Below, piece after piece: positions 1-12,582 of a stretch of DNA of 64,000 bases. Each line of letters opens with the position of its first letter. Position 1 is the stretch's first letter. The position numbers were made by a program, and so were the translations under genes. Source of the stretch: Strigamia acuminata (taxonomy: Eukaryota); NCBI GenBank assembly GCA_949358305.1, contig OX442314.1:6448001-6512000 (forward strand), given 5' to 3'. The notes below the pieces were generated by a model. That model was not told the origin of the DNA. It worked only from the letters and a program-made list of their open reading frames with translations, and did not search any database.

Positions 1-750
1 TTTTCGACTAAAATTATCACTTTTTCGACTAAAATTCTCACTTTTTCGACTGAAATTATCAGTTTTTCGACTAAAATTATCAGTATTTCTACTGACATCA
101 TCATATTTCCAAATGACCCCATTGTCCAAAATCTATTGTTGCAAATCAACAATTAAAGATTTGCTTCCATTATTCCAACCCAAAAAAAAAGATTTGACAA
201 CGTTTCGACAATCCCCTAAAAAACCCCAAAATCCATCAACCTTTTTTCCCTTTTTCTTTTTAATATTTAAAAATCCTAACTCGAATACAAAGGAACAGGA
301 GTTTGTTGCCCAGCGGGCCCAAGGTGCTAATTGGTCCGAGAAAAGTGCAACCCTATCATTACTGCAAATCTACTTGTCACTTGACTGCAATTGATGAACT
401 TTATGCCGCCATTTTCCTCAATGGCCACTGGCCATATCTCTATGACTGATGATCATTTTTATCTCACATAGAGACAATAAGTGAATCATTAACAAACAAT
501 TATTTCCCTCCTTCCAAAACCTTTCAAGTCTCATGGAAAATAATGATGAAAAAAAGACCGAACACCTCAGCCGGGGTCAACCTTTTGATAAATGATGCTG
601 ACTTTTCCTTTTCAGCCATTGGCCTTGTTCTAACTGCCATCAAAAACAATTTTTACTTTCAACAGCCATTTTTTCTTGCGTAGTGCCAAGAAAATGAGAG
701 AAAATGAGGAATGGTCAGGATGGGGTTGAGTTTGATTAAGTGCTACTTAC

Positions 751-3700
751 TGAGTTTGTGTTTGCTTTGAGCTTCCCTCATGTGCTCCCAGTGAACAAGT
801 TGGTACCAGGATAGGCCTTGGATGTTCGCTTTGGAGTAGCCCAAGTAGAATTCACCGCTGAATAAAATAGATGGGATGTATTGATTAAGTCTGAGCGGTG
901 GATTATTCGGTTTGTGGGTCGATGTATTGTATGTCGATGTTTCGGGTAAGTTAACACGCTTTGTATTCACATTCATTTGTGGATGAAAATTAGTAAAATA
1001 TGAGCACAATAAGGTAAATAAACCACCCTCTGCTACCACACACTTGTGTTCTCGGTAGACGAATAATTGTATGTTTCTAGTAGGTTACCGTACCGCCTAC
1101 ACCAGGGGGTAATTTGATACCAGGCGTTTATTTGAGCCAGGCATTTAACCAGAAAAATAGTCAAAAATAAGTTATCGGGAAAACAAAGTAGCAGAAAAAT
1201 ATTTTATTCACTACAATGCGTACCGAACTCCACTCACAAGGAGAGGGCAGGAGTGTGTCCCTCACAATTGTTTAATTTTTGTCAAAATAAAGTATTGTTA
1301 TTATCTAAACAGTCAATACTTTCATTATTTAAATGCAACGCTCTTTCACATTGTTACAAACAGTCAAAACACACAGGATTCTTTACTGTGTGTAGAATCA
1401 TCCTTTTATCACTTTTTTGAGTAAAAAGGTCAAGTGTAGCACTACACTTGGTGATTAGCCTGTTCAAACCTTACTCTGGAACCCAGGTAATTTGATATCT
1501 CATGACATATGACATCACAGCTTTGTTCACCAACATGACTGACTGCATGAAGGCAAGAATAGTGTGTTGTGATGGTCCAGTGGTTAAGGCAATGGATCAG
1601 GAATCTTTCCATGCAGGTTCAAATCTTGTTGTCTCTGAAAATTTTTGCTTTTATTTTTTATGTATTTTTAGCAGTCAAGTTAATGTTTGTTATTTTATAT
1701 TTGTTAAAAAATTAAAATTAATAAAATTAAATTTTTTTTAAAACAAATATAAAATAACAAACATTAACTTGACTGCTAAAAATAAATAAAAAATAAAAGC
1801 AAAAATTTTCAGAGACAACAAGATTTGAACCTGCATGGAAAGATTCCTGATCCATTGCCTTAACCACTGGACCATCACAACACACTATTCTTGCCTTCAT
1901 GCAGTCAGTCATGTTGGTGAACAAAGCTGTGATGTCATATGTCATGAGATATCAAATTACCTGGGTTCCAGAGTAAGGTTTGAACAGGCTAATCACCAAG
2001 TGTAGTGCTACACTTGACCTTTTTACTCAAAAAAGTGATAAAAGGATGATTCTACACACAGTAAAGAATCCTGTGTGTTTTGACTGTTTGTAACAATGTG
2101 CAAGAGCGTTGCATTTAAATAATGAAAGTATTGACTGTTTAGATAATAACAATACTTTATTTTGACAAAAATTAAACAATTGTGAGGGACACACTCCTGC
2201 CCTCTCCTTGTCAGTTTCAATTCGAATTTAAATTCGGATTTTGTGACGTCAAATACACAAAAAACTTCAAAAACAGGATTTTGTGACGTCATTTACACTC
2301 AATATTTTAACAACTGGGGTTTAATGACGTCATTTAAAGCCAATATTTCGCAAACTGGAGTTTTCTGTTGTCATTTAAGCCAATTTTTGCCACCAGATGG
2401 GCTTGCCTGACGTCATTCCAACCATTTTCCCCCGTAAATCGGATTTTACGACGTCAGAAATTCTCACTTTCCACCTCAACGTCAAAACCGATTCAGAACC
2501 GACAATTATCGATTTTCCAGCACCCGAACAAATCAAATTTATCGCGCCAATCTGCGGCGAATAAATCGCGAAAAGCCGTAAATAATCTGACCAAATTCAG
2601 CCCGAAGCCGATATGGTTTCAAATCGCTAATGAAGTGTCGGATTGCATGATTACAAACACTTTGCACGCGAGCGATGCAGCCGAGGGAGACGAGGGAGCG
2701 CCGGGGCTGACGACACTGCGCGGCGCGGCGCGGCACCGCGCGGGCGCCCGCCCGGGTGATGAAAGACTTTTGCTCGGTTGTAAATTTCCCTTTTGCACCC
2801 CTCTTATCAACAAGTCAAATTGTCCATGCTCGCTTCGTGCTCGGATCCATGCTTGGGTTTTTAATTTTCCTCGTTTGACATTTCCCGAATCTCTTCCCCG
2901 CCGAGTGTCCCGGGTGAGAGGTGACGCGAGCCGGTCGACCTTGACGCCTTACGCATTTGCCTTCGTCTGTCTCCGGTGCAGCGTGTGCGAGGTTTCCTCC
3001 CCCGCATTCCGAACGAACTCGCGGGTCAAAAAACAGCGCAGTTTGCGAAATAAGACATTTTGCATTCATTCATTCATTCATTTTTACAATTCAATTGTTT
3101 TTATCGAGTAAGTTTGGTGTTTAATTACTTTTTATCGACTAATTTTGCTTTTAAATCAAATTTTATCGACTAATTTTGCTTTTAAATGAATTTTTTCGAT
3201 TAATTTGGGTTTTAAATCAATTTTTATCGATTACTTTGGTTTTAAATCAATTTTTATTGATTAATTTGGTTTTAAATCAATTTTTATTGATTAATTTTGC
3301 CTTTAAATTAATTTTTATCGAGTAAGTTTGATGTTTAATTACTTTTTATCGACTAATTTTGCTTTTAAATCAAGTTTTATTGACTAATTTTGCTTTTAAA
3401 TCAAGTTTTATCGACTAATTTTGCTTTTAAATAAATTTTTATCGACTAATTTTGCTTTTAAATCAGTTTTTATCGATTAATTTGGGTTTTAAATCAAGTT
3501 TTATCGACTAATTTTGCTTTTAAATAAATTTTTATCGACTAATTTTGCTTTTAAATCAGTTTTTATCGATTAATTTGGGTTTTAAATCAATTTTTATCGA
3601 TTAATTTTGCCTTTGAATTAATTTTTATCGATTAATTGTGTTGTTTGATTATATTTTACCAACTAATTTTGCTGTTTGATTACTTTTTATCGACTAAATC

Positions 3701-6700
3701 GTGAAATTATTCGATAAAAATTCGTGTAATTAAAAATGTAGTCAATAAAAATTTGTGAAACTGATAATTTAATCGATAAAAATTTGTGAAATTGATAATT
3801 TAAACGATAAAAATTTGTGAAATTTATAATTTAATCGATAAAAATTGGTGTAACTACAAATTTAGTCGATAAAAATATTTGAAAATGAAATTTAAATCGA
3901 TAAAAATTGGTTTAATTCGAAACTTATTCGATAAAATCTTTACTCGATACAACAAAAGTAAAAAAAAAAAAATTATTCAATAACACAACACAAACTTTCA
4001 AAAAATGAATTCGATCATTTTCTTACTTTGTGTCCAGATGAATAAACTTCATATCCATCGAATGTATGGACGTAAAGACGTGAGTTGCGCCTTGCACGAC
4101 GCATTCACGAGTCTCCGGCATCGCGACTGGGGTACACAAGGCCAAAAACACGGGCTCGTTTCGACTGCACAGGGGCAGAAAACTCACAAAATGGCCTCTC
4201 AGCAACACCACCTGCACGAAAACGAGCAAATGATTGAAAAAATGTATGCAAACGCAATGAAATACGAACTTTTTGATCACCAAATCTCATTTGTCTTCGC
4301 GCATTTCTCGAGACGTTCATTCGACACAGAAAAAGCCGCTCGTCGTCGCCGGGCAAAGATGGCGACCTCATCAACTCGGATTGCACGGCTTGGTGGTCTT
4401 GTTTGTCGATTATATCGTAAACACTGTCGCCGTGGATGAGTAAATCTTCCTAAATTTAAAAAAGGAAAACTTATTGTGATGATTCTGACGATTTTTAGTT
4501 TTATTATTTGGAGCTGATGTCTTATCAACTCCAAATTACTAAATTACTAAATTCCCCAAAATACCAGATTACCAAAAATATCAAAAATACCAAAATATCA
4601 AAAATATCATATTACCCTAATTACCCAGAATATTAAATACCCAAAATGTGAAATTACTAAATGTCGGATTACTATACCAATTTTCAAATTACCAAGTTTT
4701 TAAATTACCAAATTGCCAAATTATCCAAATTACTATATTACTAATATAGTAATTTGGATAATTTGGCAATTACTTATTTAACCATATTACCTTACTTATT
4801 TGACCATATTACCTTACTTATTTAACCAAATTACCTTGCTTGATTATCCAAATTTCTTTCTTTAATTATCCAAATAACCAAATTACCCAAAATATCAAAT
4901 GACTAAATTACCCAAAATATCAAATGACTAAATTACCCAAAATATCAAATGACTAAATTACCCAAAATATCAAATGACTGAATTATCCAAAATATCAAAT
5001 GACTAAATTACCCAAAAAATCAAATGACTAAATTACCCAAAATATCACATTACTAAATTACCCAAAATATCAAAATATCAAATGACTAAATTATCCAAAA
5101 TATCAAATTACTAAATTACCCAAAATATCAAAATATCAAATTACTAAATTACCCAAAATATCAAAATATCAAATTACTAAATTACTCAAAATATCAAATT
5201 ACAAAAATATCAAATTTCTAAATTTAAATTACCCAAAATACCAAATTACTCAATTACCCAAAATACCAAATTACTAAATTACCCAAAATATCAAATTACT
5301 AAATTACCCAAAATATCAAACTACAAAAATATCAAATTTGTAAATTTAAATTACCCAAAATACCAAATTACTCAATTACCCAAAATACCAAATTACTAAA
5401 TTACCCAAAATACCAAATTACTAAATTACCCAAAATATCAAATTACTAAATTACCCAAAATATCAAACTACAAAAATATCAAATTTGTAAATTTAAATTA
5501 CCCAAAATACCAGATACCAAATTTAGGAATTACCAAATACCAAATTTTAAAATCCCCAAAGACCAAATTCTAAAAACAACAAATACCAAATTTTAAATTC
5601 CCCAAATACCAAATTCTAAAAACAACAAATACCAAATTTTAAAATCCCCAAATACCAAATTTCAAAAACAACAAATACCAAATTCCAAAATCCCCAAACA
5701 CCAAATTTTCAAAAACAACAAATACCAAATTCCAAAATCCCCAAACACCAAACGACCAACTACCCAATTTCAAAAATTCCCAAACAAAAAACCAACATTC
5801 ACTTTACCAAACATTACGAAACCACCTCGCCGATTCTCCAACCAAAAGGTTAAACCCCGTAATATCACATTTTTCGAATACTCTCTCGCTCCCCATTAAA
5901 TTGAAATTCCAGCCGAGTATTTCGAAAGCCAAGCCGTACGCAGTAGTGACTTCTACTTCGCCGCGGCAGCATAAAATTAACTTACGACCTCAACTCGACT
6001 GGAATAACAAACATTACATTACTCGCGCCAAAAACACCCAAGTTGAACACATTTAATCACCAATTTCCTTCTCACCACCGCCAAAAAAACGAATATTTAG
6101 ATGAAAATAAAAATTAACGCTCTTTTTTTTCCTCGCGAATAAATGGAGGGAGAGACGGGCGAGTCTGCCCACGCCTGCGCATTAGATCGCGCTGCATTTA
6201 CATAATTGGCTGAGGAAGGAAGGGAAGCAACGTTGATGTCGCGTGGCAACTTGTGTCTAGGCAAACCACATAATAAATTTAAGATGGCCGCCGTCGTGCA
6301 GTCACTTTTGGGTTTTTTTTTTTGTTTTTGTTTATTAGTTTGGTAAGAGGTTGGGATTTTTGGGTTTTCGTTGTTTTAAAATCGATTTTGTGGGTTTTTT
6401 GTGGTTTTTATTCGATTATAGGATGAGTTTTTTTGGTATTAATTTTCGATGGTTTTCGGTAGTTTTTTTTTAGATTTTAAAATTAATTTTTTGAGATTTT
6501 AAATCGATTATTTATATTTGTGTTGTCTTTAAGCCGATTTTTTGCATTTTTGATGTCTTTGAATCGATTTTTGTTTACATTTTTGATGTTTTAAATCTAT
6601 TTTTTTGCATTTTTGGTGTCTTTAAATCGATTTTTTATATTTTTGTTGTCTTTAAATTGATTTTTTATATTTTTGTTGTCTTTAAATTGATTTTTTGCAT

Positions 6701-9700
6701 TTTTGATGTCTTTAAATCGATTTTTATTTCATTTTTGATGTTTTAAATCGATTTTTTGCATTTTTGGTGTCTTTAAATCGATTTTTTATATTATTGTTGT
6801 CTTTAAATCGATTTTTTACATTTTTGTTGTCTTTAAATCGATTTTTTGCATTTTTTATGTCTTTAAATCGATTTTTTGCATTTTTTATGTCTTTAAATCG
6901 ATTTTTTGTATTTTTTATGTCTTTAAATCGATTTTTCTGTACTAAAATCGATTTTTCTGTATTAAAATCGATTTTTCTCTATTAAAATCGATTTTTCTCT
7001 ATTAAAATCGATTTTTCTCTATTAAAATCAATTTTTCTCTACTAAAATCGATTTTTCTCTATTAAAATCGATTTTTCTCTATTAAAATCGATTTTTCTGT
7101 AATAAAATCGATCTTTCAACATTTAACTTTTGACACTTATATGTTTTTCAACTTTTAAATCGATTTCATGCCTTTTTAATCGATTAATGTGACCTCACAA
7201 TGTTAAAATCGATTTATTACAACATTTAATCTCCAAAAATAACAAAAAAAAAATTTATTTTCTACAATTTCCCCACCATTTTCCCTCCAAAATCGATTTT
7301 CTCAAACCCCAACCCCCCAACAATCGACTAAAACTCCATATTCCCCAATTCGACTACACGAACGATTTTTTCTTCCCATTCCACACACAAGTTCCGGAAT
7401 CTCGTCCCTCTAGGCAAGACTGGATAACGTCACATCATCGTAACACCCACAACATTAAAAATAAGCAACAAAAAAATGGCGGTCAAGGACTACACCATAT
7501 CAAAATCCAATTATCAAATAAATAAATAAATAAATAAATAAGTAAATAAATAAATAAATAAATAAATAACTTACCATCGAATGGCCCAAATATTCAGCCG
7601 CGTTGTCCGAGATGTAAAGGAGTTTTCCATTTTGGGTGCACATCATCAAAAAGCCGCTCAAAGCCTTCGAATAAACGAAATTCAAATGTTAGTTTTTGGT
7701 GTTTTAATTCGGTCGTCAGGATTCAGGTGGTGATGGCGAGGATGTGGTGCGCCGTTGTTTATTTTGGACCGTTAAAGTCGAGATTTGGGGTTTAGATGGC
7801 TGCTGTGCTGACATCGGATTATTCGGTTTAATTAGTGGTTTAGGAAGTTAATTAAATTTTGAAATTTTTTTTTTTTATATTTTTTTTATTATTATTATTA
7901 TTATTTTTATTTTTGTTTTATTTTTTTGTTTTTGGAATTCAATTAAAAGTCAGCTGAAATTCAATTAAGAGTCAGTTGAAATTCGATTAAGAATCAGTTG
8001 AAATTCAATTAAAAAGCCATTGAAATTCAATTAAAAATCAATTAAAAATCAATTGAAATTCAATTAAAATTCGATTAATATTCAATTGATATTCAATTAA
8101 TATTCAATTGAAATTCAATTTTATCCAAAATATTCAATTTCCATTCTAAATAATGCAAATTTCATCCAAAAAATTCAAATTTTATCCAAAAATTCAAATT
8201 TCATAAATAAATTCACATTTTATCAAAGAATTCAAATTTCATCCAAAAAATCCAAATTTTATCAAAAAAATCCAAAATTTATTAAAAAATCCAAATTCTA
8301 TCAAAAAAATCCAAATTTCATCAAAAATTCATATTTCATCAAAAAAGTCAAATTTCATCAAAAAATTCAAATTCCATCAAAAAAATCTAAATAAAATCTA
8401 AATTTTATCCAAAAAATTCAAATTCCATCAAAAAATTCAAATTTTATCAAAAAAGTCAAATTCCATCAAAAAATTCAAATTCCATCAAAAAATTCAAATT
8501 TCATCAAAAAATTCAAATTTCATCAAAAAAGTCAAATTTCATCAAAAAATTCAAATTTTATCAAAAAATTCAAATTTTATCAAAAAATTCAAATTTTATC
8601 AAAAAATTCAAATTTTATCAAAAAATTCAAATTTTATCAAAAAATTCAAATTCCGTCAAAAAAATCTAAATAAAATCTAAATTCCATCCAAAAAATTCAA
8701 ATTTCATCCAAAAAGTCAAATTTCATCATAAAATTCAAATTCCATCAAAAAATTCAAATTTCATCCAAAAAGTCAAATTTCATCATAAAATTCAAATTCC
8801 ATCGAAAAATTCAAATTCCATCAAAAAATTCAAATTCCATCCAAAAAATTCAAATTTTATCCAGCAATTTCCAATACTTAAAAAAAAAATTAAAACCAAA
8901 TTTTAATCCAAGTTCCGTTCAAATGACTTAATGACTAACTATCATTACACGACAAATCTCAACATTCTCTTCCCTCGCATTGATATTAATTCAAACATGC
9001 TCGGTAGCATTTTCCACCACCCCCCACCCGCCAAAGTCCAGAAGCCAATATCAAATTGCAAACAACTTGTTACTTGTAAACCTGTCAATGCCTTGTCACG
9101 ACCCATCAAACAACCAGTTGCAACTAATTACCACCAGAGTGATGCTGAATTCAAATTCACAGCACCAAAAGGTCAGATTCACCGCACACACCGGAAGTAC
9201 CCTTCACAACTCTACTGGAATCCGCGGTTTTTTCCAATCCCAGCACCCCAACCGTAATGTTTACGGAAGTGAAAATTAAAACCAAATTAATTTTATTTTT
9301 AAATATTAATTTCACCTTGGAAAATCCGACATTCGGAGTGATGTTCGAGGGCGAGTCGTATTTGCGAAAAACTACAAAAAAAAATAGAAAAATATTTATA
9401 AAAACGAATTCGAATTAACATTAGGAAAAATTTGAATTGATATCGATCGATACGTGAATAATTTCATTTTTAATCGCGACTTTGACCTTCGCCAAGGCCA
9501 TTTTAAATGTTAAACGAATCTTCATGTTTATGTAGGGCTAGGGCCGAAGAAAGGCAATGGCCGACCGAACGAGCGACGCGCCGCGGCAAAAACCTCAAAC
9601 TCGCTATCAATCGTCGCGATCAAATTGAACAGTAAAATTCGCATTCCGATCGAAAGATCGGAAAAGTATTTTTATCATCACACCTGTTGAATTTGATGAT

Positions 9701-12582
9701 TAAAATGTTTTAGAGAAGTTTTATATTTATATTTTATGCGTTGGTGTTGAAATTTGGGATACGAATATGATTTTTTTGAAGAGGTTTCAAATACCAGTAC
9801 AGTTTTGAAGGGACGATTTGTGAGTTAGGCTTTTGTGTGTACCTACCTTGGTGGAAGTAGTTGGCTTTTCGGACGTAGACGCACACAAGGGCCATGAGTT
9901 GGAGTTGGGACAGTCTCTGACGGGTGGAGGATGCAAGTGGCAACAAATCTCGCAAGTTTGCGATTTCTGCGTTGATTAGATCACGGCGCAACTTGGACGC
10001 GCCTTTAGTCGATTTGTTGGCGTCCAAACTGTAAAAAAAATAAATTAAACTAAATTAAAATATTATTTTGATTTTTTTGATTTTTTTGATTTTGTGATTT
10101 GTCTGCTTTTTGTGTTTTTTGTACTTTTTTGTGCATTTTTGTGCCTTTTTGGTGCATTTTTTGTGCATTTTTGAGCATTTTTGTGTTTTTTTGTCCTTTT
10201 TTGTGCATTTTGTGCATTTTTGTGCATTTTTTTTGCATTTTTTGTGTAATTTTTGTGCTTTTTTGTGCACTTTTGTGCATTTTTTGCATAATTTTTGTGC
10301 ATTTTTTGCATAATTTTTGTGCATTTTTTGGATAAATTTTGTGCAATTTTGTGCCTTTTTGGTGCCTTTTTGTGCATTTTTTGAGCATCTTTGTGATTTT
10401 GTGATTTATGTGACTTTTGTGCTTCCTGTAATTTTTGGATTTTTGTGATTTTTGGATTTTTGTTATTTTTGGGTTTTTGTAATTTTTGGGTTTTTGTAAT
10501 TTTTGAATCTTTGAATCTCTGATTTATGTACTTTTTGTAATTTTTGGATTTTTGAATTATTGAGGTTTTGTGGTTTTTGTAGTTTTTATAATTTTGTGAT
10601 TTTTGTGATTTTTGTGATTTTTGTGATTTTTGTGATTTTTGTGATTTTTGTGATTTTTGTGATTTTTGTGATTTTTGTGATTTTTGTAATTTTTGTGTTT
10701 TTGTAATTTTGTGAGATTTATGTTTTCGGATTTTTGAATTTTGAATTTTGAATTTTAAATTTTGAATTTCAAATTTTGAATTTTGAATTTTAAATTTTGA
10801 ATTTCAAATTTTGAACTTTTGAAGTTTAAGTTTTTGAATTTTAAAGTTTAAATTTTAGAATTTAAAAATTTAAATTTTTGAATTTCAAATTTTAAATTTT
10901 TGAATTCTTTATTTATTTTTCAATTTGAATTTGCAAATTTTTCAAATTTTTTGAATCTTAATAAATCGAAAGAAAAAGTCGAGAGTTATTAGGGCGTCGG
11001 TATTTCTCTTCTTCTTCTCCTCTCATATTCCCACGTTCCCCTTGGCCCCTCGCCACTGACCCGGCCTCATCCGTTTCGTTGGGCCGCGTCTTTTTCGCAA
11101 ATAAAATAAAAACGGCTAACTCGCAAATACTGTAATTTCATACACTTCAATCTCTGCCTCAACACAAAATTAAATTCTTACAAAAACCAACTAAAAACAA
11201 GAAGAAAAAAATATTTCCTTTTACATTTAAAATAAAATTAATTTTCATTTCACATTTAGATTATACCGAAATTCTTTGCATTATTTGATAAATATTTTTA
11301 AAATTTGATTCTTTTTTGTTTGTTTGCTGCAAAAAGAGTTAACACCAACTTTCACTTGACAGGACAACTTTTTTTGCTACAGTTCAGGCCATTTCTCTGG
11401 TTTTCACTCAACTTTTGGTTGGTACAATTTTTCATATTTTGTAAACAACATTTTAGTGCTTTTCACCTGCATTTTAATGCATTTCACTTCCATTTCAGTG
11501 CATTTCACTTGCATTTTAGTGCATTCCAAATTAATTTTAGTGCATTTCAAATTAATTTTAGTGCATTTCACTGCATTTTAATGCATTTCACTGCATTTTA
11601 GTGCATTTCACTGCATTTTAATGCATTTCACTGCATTTTAGTGCATTTCAAATTAATTTTAATGCATTTCACTGCATTTTAGTGCATTTCACTGCATTTT
11701 AGTACATTTCACTGCATTTTAGTGCATTTCACTGCATTTTAGTGCATTTTAGTGCATTTTATTGCATTTCACTGCATTTTAGTGCATTTCACTGCATTTT
11801 AGTGCATTTCACTGCATTTTAGTGCATTTTAGTGCATTTTAGTGGATTTTAGTGCATTTCACTGCATTTCACTGCATTTCACTGCATTTTAGTGAATTTC
11901 ATCTGAATTCTAGTGCGTTTAAGTGCATTTTAATGCATTTTAGTGTATTTTTTAGTGCATTTTAGTACATTTTAGTGTATTTATTAGTGCATTTAAGTGC
12001 ATTTTAATGCATTTTAGTGTATTTTTTAGTGCATTTTAGTGTATTTTAGTACATTTTAGTGTATTTATTAGTGCATTTAAGTGCATTTTAATGCATTTTA
12101 ATGTATTTTTTACTGCGTTTAAGTGCATTTTAGGGTATTTTTCGAGCGTTTTAGTGGATTTTAGTGCATTTCACCTGCATTTTAGTGCATTTCACCTGCA
12201 TTTTAGTACGTTTCACCTGCATTTTAGTTAATTTTACTTGCAATTTAATTCATTTCCTTTGCATTTCAGTGCATTTTACCTGCATTTTAATGCATTTTCT
12301 AAAACTTCAGCTACTTTCTTAAAACTCATCTCATTTCTTAAACTCCAGTTCACTTCATAAAATCTCTGCAAAACTTGAGAACACCTCCCCAAACAACATT
12401 CACAAAACATAAATCTCCACAAAAAAAAAAAAAAAAAAAATCCAAATTTTCACAAAACCATTCCCAAAAAATCCACCCACAAAAAAAAACAATTAACAAA
12501 CCAATTAATTAAATATAAAAAAAATAAAAAATGCAACCTACCTCATAGTCGGGGTGCTTGTTAACTACCTAGGCGGATGCAT
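751..12582 (-). CDS. dysf: bHLH-PAS transcription factor, dysfusion/NPAS4 orthologue; 7 coding exons, 3' end lies outside the window
   Basis: GT-AG, phase-consistent exons: 12582-12569 (or 12546-12542), 10028-9847 (bHLH KSTKGASKLRRDLINAEIANLRDLLPL...LSQLQLMALVCVYVRK), 9371-9316, 7664-7575 (PAS-A ALSGFLMM..GKLLYISDNAAEYLGHSM), 4449-4270 (EDLLIHGDSVYDIIDKQDH), 4211-4027, 857-751 (PAS-B GEFYLGY..SWYQLVHW). Family recognised from the motifs. Confidence 0.93.
1237..2210. mobile_element. Palindromic (foldback) non-autonomous DNA transposon/MITE with tRNA-derived core, copy 1
   Basis: Near-perfect 974-bp palindrome centred near 1725; termini CAAGGAGAGGGCA...TGCCCTCTCCTTG; 3-bp TSD TCA (1234-1236, 2211-2213); core shared with 32871-33895. 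Confidence 0.85.
1566..1637 (+). pseudogene. tRNA-Ser-like degenerate sequence in the palindrome arm (mirror copy ~1810-1881, minus strand)
   Basis: GGTCCAGTGGTTAAGGCAATGGA...CAGGTTCAAATC resembles tRNA-Ser (GGCCGAGTGGTTAAGGCGATGGACT...CAGGTTCGAATCC) with A- and B-box-like motifs; variable arm shortened. Confidence 0.6.
3110..3950. repeat. Intronic ~30-bp tandem repeat (TTTTTATCGACTAATTTTGCTTTTAAATCAA-like) that switches to an inverted A-rich version near 3700
   Basis: Directly visible periodicity. Confidence 0.85.
4535..5790. repeat. Intronic ~24-bp tandem repeat (AAATTACCCAAAATATCAAATTACT-like)
   Basis: Directly visible periodicity. Confidence 0.85.
6500..7110. repeat. Intronic 30-bp and 20-bp tandem repeats built on TTTAAATCGATTTTT
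   Basis: Directly visible periodicity. Confidence 0.85.
7935..8865. repeat. Intronic ~19-bp tandem repeat (AAAAAATTCAAATTTCATC)
   Basis: Directly visible periodicity. Confidence 0.85.
10065..10930. repeat. Intronic T-rich 9-11-bp tandem repeats (TTTTTGTGCA / TTTTTGTGA / TTTGAA)
   Basis: Directly visible; gives rise to spurious Lys-rich ORFs. Confidence 0.85.
11450..12300. repeat. Intronic 10/20-bp tandem repeat (TGCATTTTAG / TGCATTTCAC)
   Basis: Directly visible periodicity. Confidence 0.85.

Noticed and set aside
1502..1945. Two near-identical small ORFs (MTYDITALF...)
   Set aside because: Mirror products of the palindrome; they overlap the tRNA-like core.
2368..3111. 247-aa plus-strand ORF in a dysfusion intron
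   Set aside because: Non-ATG start, no recognisable domain, runs across repeats and a GC island.
10050..10388. Lys/Cys/His-rich ORFs on both strands
   Set aside because: Translations of an intronic simple repeat.
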